From an uncultured Chloroflexia bacterium (GTDB taxonomy: Bacteria; Chloroflexota; Limnocylindria; Limnocylindrales; CSP1-4), in assembly GCA_963746845.1 (NCBI GenBank), contig CAVVCZ010000001.1:1-64000 (forward strand): a stretch of 64,000 nucleotides of DNA. The letters run 5' to 3'. Every line of letters starts with the position of its first letter. Positions within the stretch are counted from its first letter, which is position 1. Below the pieces are notes generated by a model. The model saw only the letters and a program-made list of their open reading frames with translations, did no database searches and was not told the DNA's origin. Position numbers and translations under genes: made by a program. Below are positions 10,161 to 19,229 of the stretch, piece after piece.

Positions 10161-10859
10161 ATGAGCGCCACGATCCTGATCGTCGAGGATGAGTTCGCGG
10201 TTGCCCGCGGAATCCAGTACGCCCTTCAGCAGGAGGGCTACCAGGTCGCGGTCGCGAAGAGCGGCGAAGAGGGGCTGGACTTCGCGACGAACCAGGCCCC
10301 CGATCTGGTCGTGCTGGACGTGCGCCTGCCGGGGATCGACGGGTTCGAGGTCCTTCGTCGGCTGCGGGCGTCCGGCTCCAAGGCGCCGGTCCTCGTCCTC
10401 ACGGCCCGCGACGACGAGGTCGACAAGGTCATCGGCCTGGAGCTGGGCGCCGACGACTACCTGACGAAGCCCTTCGGCCTGCGCGAGCTGATGAGCCGGA
10501 TCCGGGCGCTCCACCGGCGGGCCTACGGCGACCTGAGCGACGCCGCGGGCGGCCGGGTGATCCGTCACGGCGACCTGGTCATCGACCTGGAGCGGCGGCG
10601 CGTCCAGCGCGGCGACCGGCGGATCAGCCTCACCCCGACGGAGTTCGAGATCCTCCGCCACCTCGCCTCGCGGCCCGGCCGCGTCTACACCCGGTCCGAG
10701 CTGCTCGAGCTGCTGCGTGACTACGAGGCGCTCGACCAGGACGAGAAGACGATCAACGTGCATGTCAGCCATCTGCGCGACAAGATCGAGGACGACCCGG
10801 CGTCGCCGGCGTTCGTCCTGACCGTCCGTGGGGTCGGCTACGCATTCGCCGAGCGGTAG
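10161..10859 (+). CDS. OmpR/PhoB-family response regulator
   Basis: ILIVEDE, LDVRLPG, GADDYLTKPF and TVRGVGY motifs. Confidence 0.95.
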   Translation: MSATILIVEDEFAVARGIQYALQQEGYQVAVAKSGEEGLDFATNQAPDLVVLDVRLPGIDGFEVLRRLRASGSKAPVLVLTARDDEVDKVIGLELGADDYLTKPFGLRELMSRIRALHRRAYGDLSDAAGGRVIRHGDLVIDLERRRVQRGDRRISLTPTEFEILRHLASRPGRVYTRSELLELLRDYEALDQDEKTINVHVSHLRDKIEDDPASPAFVLTVRGVGYAFAER

Positions 10860-12540
10860 CGCCGCCACCACCGACCCCGACCCTCGATCGGACCCCGGTC
10901 CACGCTCGTCGTGGCGGCGGCTGATCCCCGCCAGGGTCCGTCGGCTGGGCCCGAAGTCGCTCCAGAGCCGGCTGACGCTCGGCTTCGCGGGCGTCGTCGC
11001 TCTGACCCTGTTCCTCGTGATGGTCTTCGTCCTCAACCGCCTCGACGACGAGTTCCGCCAGCAGCAGCTGGCGGACCTCCGGGCACGGACGGAGCTGGTC
11101 GCGCGGTTCGTCGACGCCCTCGCCGCCGACAAGGCGGGCCAGCTGCCCGTCATCAGCGCGGACAACGTGCTGAATCCGGACGTCGCCCTGACCCTCGAGT
11201 CGGAGAACTACCAGCGGTTCATCGCCGACCTCCTGGCCGAAGCGGACGTCGACATCGTGCTCGGGACGCTGCCCACGTCGGGCGGCGACGCCGGCGCGAT
11301 CGTCCCCGCCGAGGGCGGGGTGTTCCGGATCGAGGCGGAGTCGCCGGGCCGCCCGGGGCTGACCCAGGAGCAATTCTCAGCCGATCCGTACAACCGGACC
11401 GCGACGTTCACGCCGTACTCGTACGAGATCATCGTCCAGCTGTCGAACCCGTACACGTTCCGGCAGACCGCGATCGAGAACGTGGCGACGGTCACGGTCG
11501 TCGTCGGCGTCCTGGCCCTCGGGATCGCGGTGATCGTCGCGGCGGCGATGGCCCTCCGCCTGACGACCCCGCTGCGTCGCCTCACGGAGGCCTCGCGCGC
11601 CCTCGCCGAGGGCCAGCTCGCCGAACGGATCCCGCGTTCCGACATCCTCGACGGGCCGTCCGAGATCTCCGAGCTCGCGACCCAGTTCAACGCCATGGCC
11701 GACCAGGTCGAGGAGAGCGTCGCGCGGATCCGGCGCGACCGGGACCGCAGCCGCGACTTCCTGGCCGATGTGTCGCACGAGCTCCGGACGCCGATCGCGG
11801 CCCTCCTGACGTTCAACGAGCTCCTCACGGAGCGGACCGGCGACGACCCGATCGCCCGGGCGGAGTTCCTCCACAACAGTCGTGTCCAGCTCGAGCGGCT
11901 CGACTGGCTGGCGCAGAACCTCCTCGAGCTCTCGAAGCTGGACTCCGGCCTCGTGCTCCTGGACCTGCGCCCGGACGACCTCCGCGTCGCGGTCGAATCG
12001 GCGGTGGAGCAGGCGGGGCCGGCGGCGCGGCGGCGGAACCTCGGGCTGGGGCTGTCGCTGCCCGACGCACCGCTCCGCATCCGGCACGATCCCCAGCGGA
12101 TCGGGCAGGTGATGACGAACCTCGTCGGCAACGCGATCAAGTTCACCGATCCCGGTGGCTCGGTGACCGTCGCCGTCACGCCGGCCGACGACGGGGCCCG
12201 CATCGAGGTCCGCGACACGGGCGTCGGGATCGAGCCGTCCGAGCTGCCCCGGATCTTCGATCGCTTCTATCGCGGCTCGCTCGCGAACGAGGCGCGCGGC
12301 AGCGGGAGCGGCCTGGGCCTGGCGATCGTCAAGTCGATCGTCGACATGCACCACGGCACCGTCGAGGTGACGAGCGCGCTCGGCACGGGCACCACGTTCG
12401 TCGTGACGCTGCCCGCGGATCCACGGCAGGACACGCGGTTCGACGCCACGATCCAGCCCGATCCGGGCCCGGATCGGGGCAAGGTGGTGGATTCTTCACC
12501 GACCGGGCGCCCCAGACTGAACGGCGAGGCGTCAGGCTGA
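10828..12540 (+). CDS. HAMP-domain sensor histidine kinase (start uncertain)
   Basis: Two TM helices, HAMP, H-box DVSHELRTP, NLVGNAIKF, DTGVGI and GSGLGLAI. Confidence 0.92.
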   Translation: MGSATHSPSGSAATTDPDPRSDPGPRSSWRRLIPARVRRLGPKSLQSRLTLGFAGVVALTLFLVMVFVLNRLDDEFRQQQLADLRARTELVARFVDALAADKAGQLPVISADNVLNPDVALTLESENYQRFIADLLAEADVDIVLGTLPTSGGDAGAIVPAEGGVFRIEAESPGRPGLTQEQFSADPYNRTATFTPYSYEIIVQLSNPYTFRQTAIENVATVTVVVGVLALGIAVIVAAAMALRLTTPLRRLTEASRALAEGQLAERIPRSDILDGPSEISELATQFNAMADQVEESVARIRRDRDRSRDFLADVSHELRTPIAALLTFNELLTERTGDDPIARAEFLHNSRVQLERLDWLAQNLLELSKLDSGLVLLDLRPDDLRVAVESAVEQAGPAARRRNLGLGLSLPDAPLRIRHDPQRIGQVMTNLVGNAIKFTDPGGSVTVAVTPADDGARIEVRDTGVGIEPSELPRIFDRFYRGSLANEARGSGSGLGLAIVKSIVDMHHGTVEVTSALGTGTTFVVTLPADPRQDTRFDATIQPDPGPDRGKVVDSSPTGRPRLNGEASG

Positions 12541-12610
12541 CAAGGTTCACGGACGCTCCCCTCGCGTGGCGACGGGTCGTCGCACGCTCCTCCAGGTGAG
12601 ATCCCCCTCG

Positions 12611-13975
12611 ATGACCGATTCGTCTCGCAACCCCCAGGACGAGACCCAGCCCCTCGATCCGACGCTCTACCGCGCCGCGGCCGCCGTCCCGGCCGGCTCG
12701 GTCGGCGCCTCGTATTCGCCCGCCCCGTCGGCCCAGCCGTCGTGGGCCGGTGCCCAGTGGGCCTCGCCCGAACCGACCCCCGAGCGGTGGTTCGAAACGC
12801 CGAAGCCGGCTGCACCCCAGGCCGCGACCGCCGCCCCGAAGCGCGGGCCGGGCGCGGGAACGGTCGTCGTGACCGCACTGGCCGCGGCGATCCTCGCGTC
12901 GGGCGGCACGGTCGGCGTCCTGACCGCCACCGGCGCCTTCGACCGCACGGGGTCACCCGCCGCCAGCACGAACGGCACGACGAACACGTCGGCCACCGTT
13001 CGCCAGCCGGTCACGATCGACGAGTCGTCCGCGATCATCAGCGTCGCCGCGAAGGCCGGGCCGTCCGTCGTCCGGATCTACGCCGACGGGGTGGACCCGA
13101 ACAGCATCGACCAGCAGCAGACCGAGGGCATCGGCTCCGGGATCATCTTCGACCCGAACGGCTGGATCCTGACCAACCGTCACGTCGTCGCCGGCGCGAA
13201 CAAGCTCACGGTCGAGCTCAAGGACGGAACCAAGTACGAGGGCAAGTCCTACGGCGTCGACACCCTGACCGACCTCGCGATCGTGAAGGTCGAGGCGACC
13301 GGCCTGCCCGCGGCCACGATCGGCGACTCGGACGGCCTCAAGGTCGGGGAGCTCGTGATCGCGATCGGCAGCCCGCTCGGGACGTTCTCGAACAGCGTGA
13401 CCAGCGGCATCGTCTCGGCGGTCGGCCGCCACATCGAGACCAACGGCGGCGAGCTCCGGAACCTCATCCAGACCGACGCCGCGATCAACCCGGGCAACAG
13501 CGGGGGGCCGCTCCTCGATTCGACCGGCGCCGTGATCGGGGTCAACACCGCGATCGCCCAGGACGCGAGCGGGATCGGCTTCTCGATCCCGATCAACATC
13601 GCCCGGCCCCTGATGCAGGAGGCCCTGGCCGGCCAGCCCCTCCAGCGGCCGTACATCGGGATCCACTACACCCAGATCGACGCCCAGAAGGCCAAGGACG
13701 AGAGCCTCCCGGTGAAGGAAGGCGCGAAGGTCGAGGCCGACCCGAACTCGAGCGACCCGTCGGTCGTCGCGGACGGACCCGCGGCAAAGGGCGGCGTCGA
13801 GGACGGCGACATCATCACGAAGATCAACGACGTGACGATCGACACCCTCCATCCGCTCGATGCTGTGCTGTCCCAGTTCTCCCCGGGTGACACGGTGACG
13901 CTGACGATCCTGCGCAACGGCGAGACGAAGACCGTGAAGGTCACGCTCGGCGTCCGGCCCGCCGGTCTCGGCTAG
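12611..13975 (+). CDS. htrA: HtrA/DegP membrane-anchored serine protease with PDZ domain
   Basis: LTNRHVV, TDLAIVK and IQTDAAINPGNSGGPL catalytic-triad motifs, with a C-terminal PDZ. Confidence 0.93.
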   Translation: MTDSSRNPQDETQPLDPTLYRAAAAVPAGSVGASYSPAPSAQPSWAGAQWASPEPTPERWFETPKPAAPQAATAAPKRGPGAGTVVVTALAAAILASGGTVGVLTATGAFDRTGSPAASTNGTTNTSATVRQPVTIDESSAIISVAAKAGPSVVRIYADGVDPNSIDQQQTEGIGSGIIFDPNGWILTNRHVVAGANKLTVELKDGTKYEGKSYGVDTLTDLAIVKVEATGLPAATIGDSDGLKVGELVIAIGSPLGTFSNSVTSGIVSAVGRHIETNGGELRNLIQTDAAINPGNSGGPLLDSTGAVIGVNTAIAQDASGIGFSIPINIARPLMQEALAGQPLQRPYIGIHYTQIDAQKAKDESLPVKEGAKVEADPNSSDPSVVADGPAAKGGVEDGDIITKINDVTIDTLHPLDAVLSQFSPGDTVTLTILRNGETKTVKVTLGVRPAGLG

Positions 13976-14355
13976 GAGGCGGGGTCCGCTCCCGGCACCG
14001 GTCGCCGGCGACGGATCTCGACACCGGAGAAGTCGATCGGACCGCCCATCCGGACGGTCGGCTTCCGGACGCGGACGACGATCCGGTCCACGGGCAGCTC
14101 CGCGAGGATCCGGTCGCTGATCCGCTCGGCGATCGCCTCGAGCAGGTGGAACGACTCGCGCTCGACGACGTCGCGGACGATCGTATCGACGGTCGAATAG
14201 TCGATCGTCCGCGTGAGGTCGTCCGTGCGGCCGGCGGGGCCGAGGTCCAGCCGCAGCTCGACGTCGACCTCGATCGGCTGGGCCGTCGCCCGCTCGTCCT
14301 CGGCGACGCCGTGATGGCCGCTCGCCCGGATGTTCCGGAGCACGATCCGGTCCAT
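13972..14355 (-). CDS. folB: Dihydroneopterin aldolase
   Basis: MDRIVLRNIRASGHHGV, TDDLTRTIDYS and FHLLEAIAE motifs. TGATG overlap with folP. Confidence 0.92.
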   Translation of the reverse strand: MDRIVLRNIRASGHHGVAEDERATAQPIEVDVELRLDLGPAGRTDDLTRTIDYSTVDTIVRDVVERESFHLLEAIAERISDRILAELPVDRIVVRVRKPTVRMGGPIDFSGVEIRRRRPVPGADPAS

Positions 14356-15317
14356 CACGTCACTCCGCGGACGATGGCGTCGGTCATCCGGGCCGCCCGG
14401 ACGTTCGGCCGGACGTCGTGGACGCGGACGATGTCGACGCCCGCGGCGATCCCGAGCACGGTCGTGGCGATCGTGGCCTCGACCCGCTGGTCGGGCGGCA
14501 GGTCGAGGACCCGCCCGAGGGTCGACTTGCGCGACGTCCCGAGCAGGATGGGTCGGCCGAGGATGCGCAGTGCCGCGAGGTCGCGCAGCAGGGCGAGATT
14601 GTGCTCGGCGGTCTTCCCGAACCCGAAGCCCGGGTCGATGACGATCGCATCCCACGGCACGCCGGCCTCGAGCGCCCGGTCGATCGCGGCCTGGAGGTCC
14701 GCGACGACCTCCGCGATGAGGTTCGTGTAGCGCGGCTCCACCCGGTTGTGCATCAGGACGATCGGGACGCGACGATCCACGGCCACGGCGAGGAGCTCGT
14801 CGTCGGGCTCGAAGCCCCAGATGTCGTTGACGAGCGCCGCGCCCGCGTCGATCGCGGCGACCGCGACCCGGGCCTTCGTCGTGTCGACGCTGACCGGCAC
14901 ATCGGGCAGCGCGTCGCGCACCGCGGCGACGACCGGCACGACCCGATCGATCTCCTCGCGCTCGTCGATGACCTCGTGGCCCGGACGCGTGGACTCACCC
15001 CCGACGTCGAGAAGGTCGGCGCCCTCGTCGACCATCCGCCGCGCCTGCTCGACGGCGGCGACAACGGGATCGACCCCCGCGAGCAGGCCGTCACCGGAGA
15101 ACGAGTCCGGCGTGACGTTGAGGATCCCCATGACATGGGTCCGACTGCCCCACGCGAACGTTCGCGGACCGATCACGAGCGGCGCGGGCGCACCCGGAAT
15201 CCCCGCCGACGCGCCCGGGGGCAGCTGCCGGGACGGGGTTGCGGCACCGCCGCCGAGGTCCGGGCGGGCGGCGACGACGGTCGGATCGGTGGGAGCCGGG
15301 TCGCTGGGCGGCGTCAT
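14355..15317 (-). CDS. folP: Dihydropteroate synthase
   Basis: MGILNVTPDSFSGDG, DVGGESTRPG, DPGFGFGK, GTSRKS and VRVHDV motifs. Confidence 0.96.
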   Translation of the reverse strand: MTPPSDPAPTDPTVVAARPDLGGGAATPSRQLPPGASAGIPGAPAPLVIGPRTFAWGSRTHVMGILNVTPDSFSGDGLLAGVDPVVAAVEQARRMVDEGADLLDVGGESTRPGHEVIDEREEIDRVVPVVAAVRDALPDVPVSVDTTKARVAVAAIDAGAALVNDIWGFEPDDELLAVAVDRRVPIVLMHNRVEPRYTNLIAEVVADLQAAIDRALEAGVPWDAIVIDPGFGFGKTAEHNLALLRDLAALRILGRPILLGTSRKSTLGRVLDLPPDQRVEATIATTVLGIAAGVDIVRVHDVRPNVRAARMTDAIVRGVT

Positions 15318-16696
15318 CGCCGCCGATTGTCACCCGGATCGCGCGTCAGCGGATCGTCGACGAGGCGCGCCCGGACCGCGCCGACGAGATACAGGGACCC
15401 GGCCACGATCACCGGGCCGGGCGGCCCGGAGAGCGCACGGTCCAGTGCGGCGTCGAGGTCCGGCTCGGCCTCGACCGATGCGCTCCGGCCGACCCGGTTC
15501 AGCCAGACCGTCGCGAGGCGGCCGGCCGGCAGCGCCCGCGGCGTGTTGATCGCCGTCGCGATGATCCGGGCACCCGCGAGGGCCGGGCTCGCCGTGAGGG
15601 CGCTCGAGATCCCGGCGACGTCCTTGTCCGCCATGGATGCGGTCAGCAGGGTCAGCCGACCCGGGGACAGGAACGGTCGCAGGTCCGTGAGCGCGCTCGC
15701 CAGGGTCGCGGCGCCGGCCGGATTGTGGGCGCCGTCGAGGAGCACGTCCCGGCCATCGATCGAGAGGAGCTCGAGACGGCCGGGCCAGCGGGCGGCCGCG
15801 TAGCCGCGGCGCCGCGCGTCTGCCGGCACGTCGGCGATCCCGGCCGCGGCGAGCGCGTCGAGGATCGCGTCCGCGACGGCGACGTTCTCGGCCTGGTGCC
15901 GGCCACGCAGGCCGATCCGGGTCTCCCCGAGCGCCGGCAGGTCCACGACGAGACCGTCGCGATCCACGGCGAGGACCGGCGGCGGCTCGACGACCGTGAG
16001 CGGGACCCCCATCCGGGCCGCCCGCCGGCGCACGATCGCGAGGGCCTCGCCGGTGGCGCCGGTGACGGCGCGATCGCCGCGCTCGATGATCGCTGCCTTC
16101 TCGCGCGCGATGTGGGCGATCGTCGGGCCGAGCCGCTCCGTGTGATCCAGGTCGACGTTCGTGATCGCCGCCACGCCGCCGTCCCAGGCGTGGGTGGCAT
16201 CGAGCCGTCCGCCCAGCCCGACCTCGACCAGCGCCAGATCGACTCCCTCCTCCGCGAACCAGGCGAAGACGACGGCGGTCAGCAGCTCGAACTCGGTCGG
16301 CGGGCCGAGACGCGCCGGCAGACGGTCGACCGCGGCGATCGCGTCGTTCACGAGCCGGGAGAACGTCGCCGGGTCGACCGGGCGCCCGGCGATCTGGAGC
16401 CGTTCCCGGTACGAGACGAGGTGGGGCTTGGGCGTCTCCCCCGCGCGCAGCCCGGCCGCCCGGATCGCGGATCCGGCCAGCGCCAGGACGCTGCCCTTGC
16501 CGTTGGTCCCCGCGACGAGGGCACCGCGGACGGCCAGCTGGGGATCGCCGAGCGCCCGGAGCAGCGCCCGCGTCCGCCCGAGCCCGAGCCGGACGCCGTA
16601 CCGGCCGCGTTCCTCGAGGGCGCTCACGGCCGCGTGGTAGGCACCCTCGTCGTGGGCGCCCTCGGCGCCCGCCCGGGCGGCGCGGTCGACCGTCAT
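15314..16696 (-). CDS. folC: Folylpolyglutamate synthase/dihydrofolate synthase
   Basis: VAGTNGKGS, EVGLGGRLDAT, WPGRLE, DGAHNPAG and GSLYLVG motifs. Start ATG 16696. Confidence 0.95.
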   Translation of the reverse strand: MTVDRAARAGAEGAHDEGAYHAAVSALEERGRYGVRLGLGRTRALLRALGDPQLAVRGALVAGTNGKGSVLALAGSAIRAAGLRAGETPKPHLVSYRERLQIAGRPVDPATFSRLVNDAIAAVDRLPARLGPPTEFELLTAVVFAWFAEEGVDLALVEVGLGGRLDATHAWDGGVAAITNVDLDHTERLGPTIAHIAREKAAIIERGDRAVTGATGEALAIVRRRAARMGVPLTVVEPPPVLAVDRDGLVVDLPALGETRIGLRGRHQAENVAVADAILDALAAAGIADVPADARRRGYAAARWPGRLELLSIDGRDVLLDGAHNPAGAATLASALTDLRPFLSPGRLTLLTASMADKDVAGISSALTASPALAGARIIATAINTPRALPAGRLATVWLNRVGRSASVEAEPDLDAALDRALSGPPGPVIVAGSLYLVGAVRARLVDDPLTRDPGDNRRR

Positions 16697-17223
16697 CACT
16701 CGCGCGTCAAGTCGTCCTCGTAGAAGACGCACTGGTTGAAGCGGGGGGTCAGGCAGACGTCGTTGACGTAGCCCTGCTCGAGGTGGACGCCGCCCCGGAG
16801 CTGGCAACGGGAGACGTTCGAGTCCTGCCGGATCAGCGCCTTCAGGAGGTGCGGTGCCTGGATCGGGATCGCCCCGCGCGAACCGGTCATGTAGAAGTGC
16901 GGACAGACGTTGCGCCGCAGGTTCGGCAGCCCGAACCCGCCGCGGGCCGGCGGGTACGCCGGGAACGGCGAGCGGACCGCCTGGCCCGGCCGACCCGGGT
17001 ACTGCGGGCGCACGGGAACCGTCGTCCTCGCGGCCATGCCGCCGCCGGTCGTGACCGGGCCCGGTCGTTGGGGCGACTCCGGCGGGCGTCGGTCTTCCGG
17101 TCCCGGCAGGCGTGATGGCGGCCGGCTCGGCGGACGGGTGACCCGGGCAATGGGGCCGACGCCGAACGCCGGTCGACCACTTGCCCCTGCCGGGCGCTCT
17201 CGCTTGGGGTCTCGTGCCTGCAT
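16696..17223 (-). CDS. Hypothetical protein: Pro/Arg-rich N-terminus plus a four-Cys C-terminal domain
   Basis: GAGGGA RBS before ATG 17223 (alternative start 17037). CPHF...C...CLTPRFNQCVFY. The stop overlaps the folC ATG. Confidence 0.65.
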   Translation of the reverse strand: MQARDPKRERPAGASGRPAFGVGPIARVTRPPSRPPSRLPGPEDRRPPESPQRPGPVTTGGGMAARTTVPVRPQYPGRPGQAVRSPFPAYPPARGGFGLPNLRRNVCPHFYMTGSRGAIPIQAPHLLKALIRQDSNVSRCQLRGGVHLEQGYVNDVCLTPRFNQCVFYEDDLTRE

Positions 17224-17395
17224 CCAATCCCTCGGATCGGCGCACGACAGGGGACAGCATCCCCGCGCGCCGGACCGCGCAAGACTACAACGCTCGGTCC
17301 CGCATCCACCACCCGGACGCGAGTGACGCCGCTGCGCCCGGCGGGCTCGCCCGCCCGGACCCGACCAACGGGCCGCGCATGCGACAATCCGGGCC

Positions 17396-18601
17396 GTGAC
17401 AACACGGCGCGGCGGGCGACCCCCCCAGGTCCGACCCCGCCCACCGTCGACCGGTCGTGCGGCGCCGGTGACGGCTCGACCCCGGCCGGCCTCCACCACA
17501 CGCGTGTCGACCCATCGGAAGGTCGAGCGCGGTCCGGGCATCGCCCTCCCCTTCCGGCTCCTGATGATCTCGGCCGTGGTCGCGCTCGGCATCGGGGTCC
17601 TGCTGCTCGCGACGGGTGGGCTCGGCAAGGTCGCCACGGCGATCTCGTCGTCGTTCAGCGGGTTCGTCAGCGACATCACGTCCACGCCGGTGCCGTCGCC
17701 GACCGATCCGGTCGCGGCCGATGCCCCGGTCCTCGACGCGCCGGACGAGCCGTACACGAACCAGCCCACGGTCGATCTCGTCGGGACGGTGCCGGCCTCG
17801 GTCGCGGGCGACGCCGGATCGCGGATCCGGCTCTACGTCGCGATCGGCGACGGCGACCCCGGGGTCGTCACCGAGATCCCCGTCGGCGACTCCCAGCACT
17901 TCCTCGTCCCGGACGTGGCCCTGAGCGCCGGCACGAACACGTTCACCGCGACGATCGTCGGGCCGACCGATCTCGAGTCGGAATCGTCCGCGGCCGTCGC
18001 CTACATCCTCGACACGAGCAAGCCGCGGATCACGATCGGCTCCCCGAAGACGAACGCCGTCGTGAACTCGAAGAACGTGAAGATCGTCGGCCAGACCCAG
18101 GGGCGAAGTCTGCTCAGCGCCCGGAACGCGTCGACGAACACGACCGTCGGTGGGGCGGCCGACGGCAAGGGCGCGTTCACGCTGATCGTGCCGCTCGGGA
18201 CCGGGTCCAACACGATCCAGATCACCGCGACCGACCCAGCCGGCAATCCGAACACGGCGACCCTGACGGTGCGGCGCGGCACCGGCTCGCTGACTGCCGA
18301 CCTCAACGCATCGTTCTATCAGCTCAGGCTCTCGAAGCTGCCGGAGCCCGTGACCCTCACCGCGACGGTCACCGACCCGGATGGACGGGCGCTGGCCGGC
18401 GCCCGGGTTGTGTTCACGCTCGCGGTGCCCGGCGTGCCGGCGATCACCTCCGGCCAGACCGTGACCGGCGCGAACGGACGGGCGACCTTCACCACGACGA
18501 TCCCGAAGGGCGCTTCGAAGGGCCAGGTATCGTCGACGGCCATCGTCGACACGGACGACTACGGCAGCACGACTGCCCGCACGGTGATCACCCTCAGCTA
18601 G
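17396..18601 (+). CDS. Membrane-anchored protein with three Ig-like domains
   Basis: One TM followed by Thr/Val-rich beta repeats (GTNTFTAT, GSNTIQITATDPAGN, TLTATVTDPDG). Confidence 0.8.
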   Translation: MTTRRGGRPPQVRPRPPSTGRAAPVTARPRPASTTRVSTHRKVERGPGIALPFRLLMISAVVALGIGVLLLATGGLGKVATAISSSFSGFVSDITSTPVPSPTDPVAADAPVLDAPDEPYTNQPTVDLVGTVPASVAGDAGSRIRLYVAIGDGDPGVVTEIPVGDSQHFLVPDVALSAGTNTFTATIVGPTDLESESSAAVAYILDTSKPRITIGSPKTNAVVNSKNVKIVGQTQGRSLLSARNASTNTTVGGAADGKGAFTLIVPLGTGSNTIQITATDPAGNPNTATLTVRRGTGSLTADLNASFYQLRLSKLPEPVTLTATVTDPDGRALAGARVVFTLAVPGVPAITSGQTVTGANGRATFTTTIPKGASKGQVSSTAIVDTDDYGSTTARTVITLS

Positions 18602-18662
18602 ACCACCCGTTCGGTTCCACAATCGCCAGGCGCGACCCATCGACCGTCGAGGCGCGCAGCAG

Positions 18663-18792
18663 CGACTGCGTTCGTCGCGGCTGGCCGAGGCTGGCAAGGC
18701 GCCGGGGAGCAGCGGAGCGAGCGCACTTCAGGGTGCGTGAGCGAGCAGCGCAGCCGGCAACGCAGTCCAGCGTCGTCCAGGCGCGACAGCCG
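18663..18792 (+). repeat. ~130-nt palindromic intergenic repeat, copy 1
   Basis: Near-identical to 44319-44449 and similar to 61731-61859. Terminal arms pair at 18 of 21 positions. Confidence 0.9.
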
Positions 18793-18829
18793 GTGACATC
18801 GCGCAGCGATGCAGCTACCATGACGTTCC

Positions 18830-19222
18830 GTGATGACGTGGCATTGCCCGCATTGCGGGACGCCTCAGGCGGAGGCGTCGCGCTGCTGGGTCTGCCATCG
18901 CTCCTCGACGAGCTGCGCGACCTGCCGGCACTTCCGCCCGTCGGTCGCCGCCGGCACCGGGTTCTGCGGCCTCGACCGACGCCGGAGCCCGCTCGCCGGC
19001 GACGAGGTCCGCGCGTGCTGGGAGGACGGCGCGATGCCCGTCGAGCCGGACCCGTCGATCCCGGGCCTCCTCGACCTGCTCATCGAGCGCCCGATCGCGG
19101 ATCCGGTCGGGTTGCCCGTCGCGGAGCCCTCGCCGGCTCCGCCGCGCCGGCCGGTCATCGAGCCGCCGCGGCTGCGACGGGCGGTCGCCGACGCGCGCGA
19201 CTGGGTCGAGCTCGAGGCCTGA
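18830..19222 (+). CDS. Small eight-Cys (double zinc-ribbon-like) protein
   Basis: CPHC, CWVC, CATC...C...C. Promoter-like GTGACA-N17-TACCAT just upstream. Confidence 0.75.
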   Translation: MMTWHCPHCGTPQAEASRCWVCHRSSTSCATCRHFRPSVAAGTGFCGLDRRRSPLAGDEVRACWEDGAMPVEPDPSIPGLLDLLIERPIADPVGLPVAEPSPAPPRRPVIEPPRLRRAVADARDWVELEA

Positions 19223-19229
19223 CCCGGAC

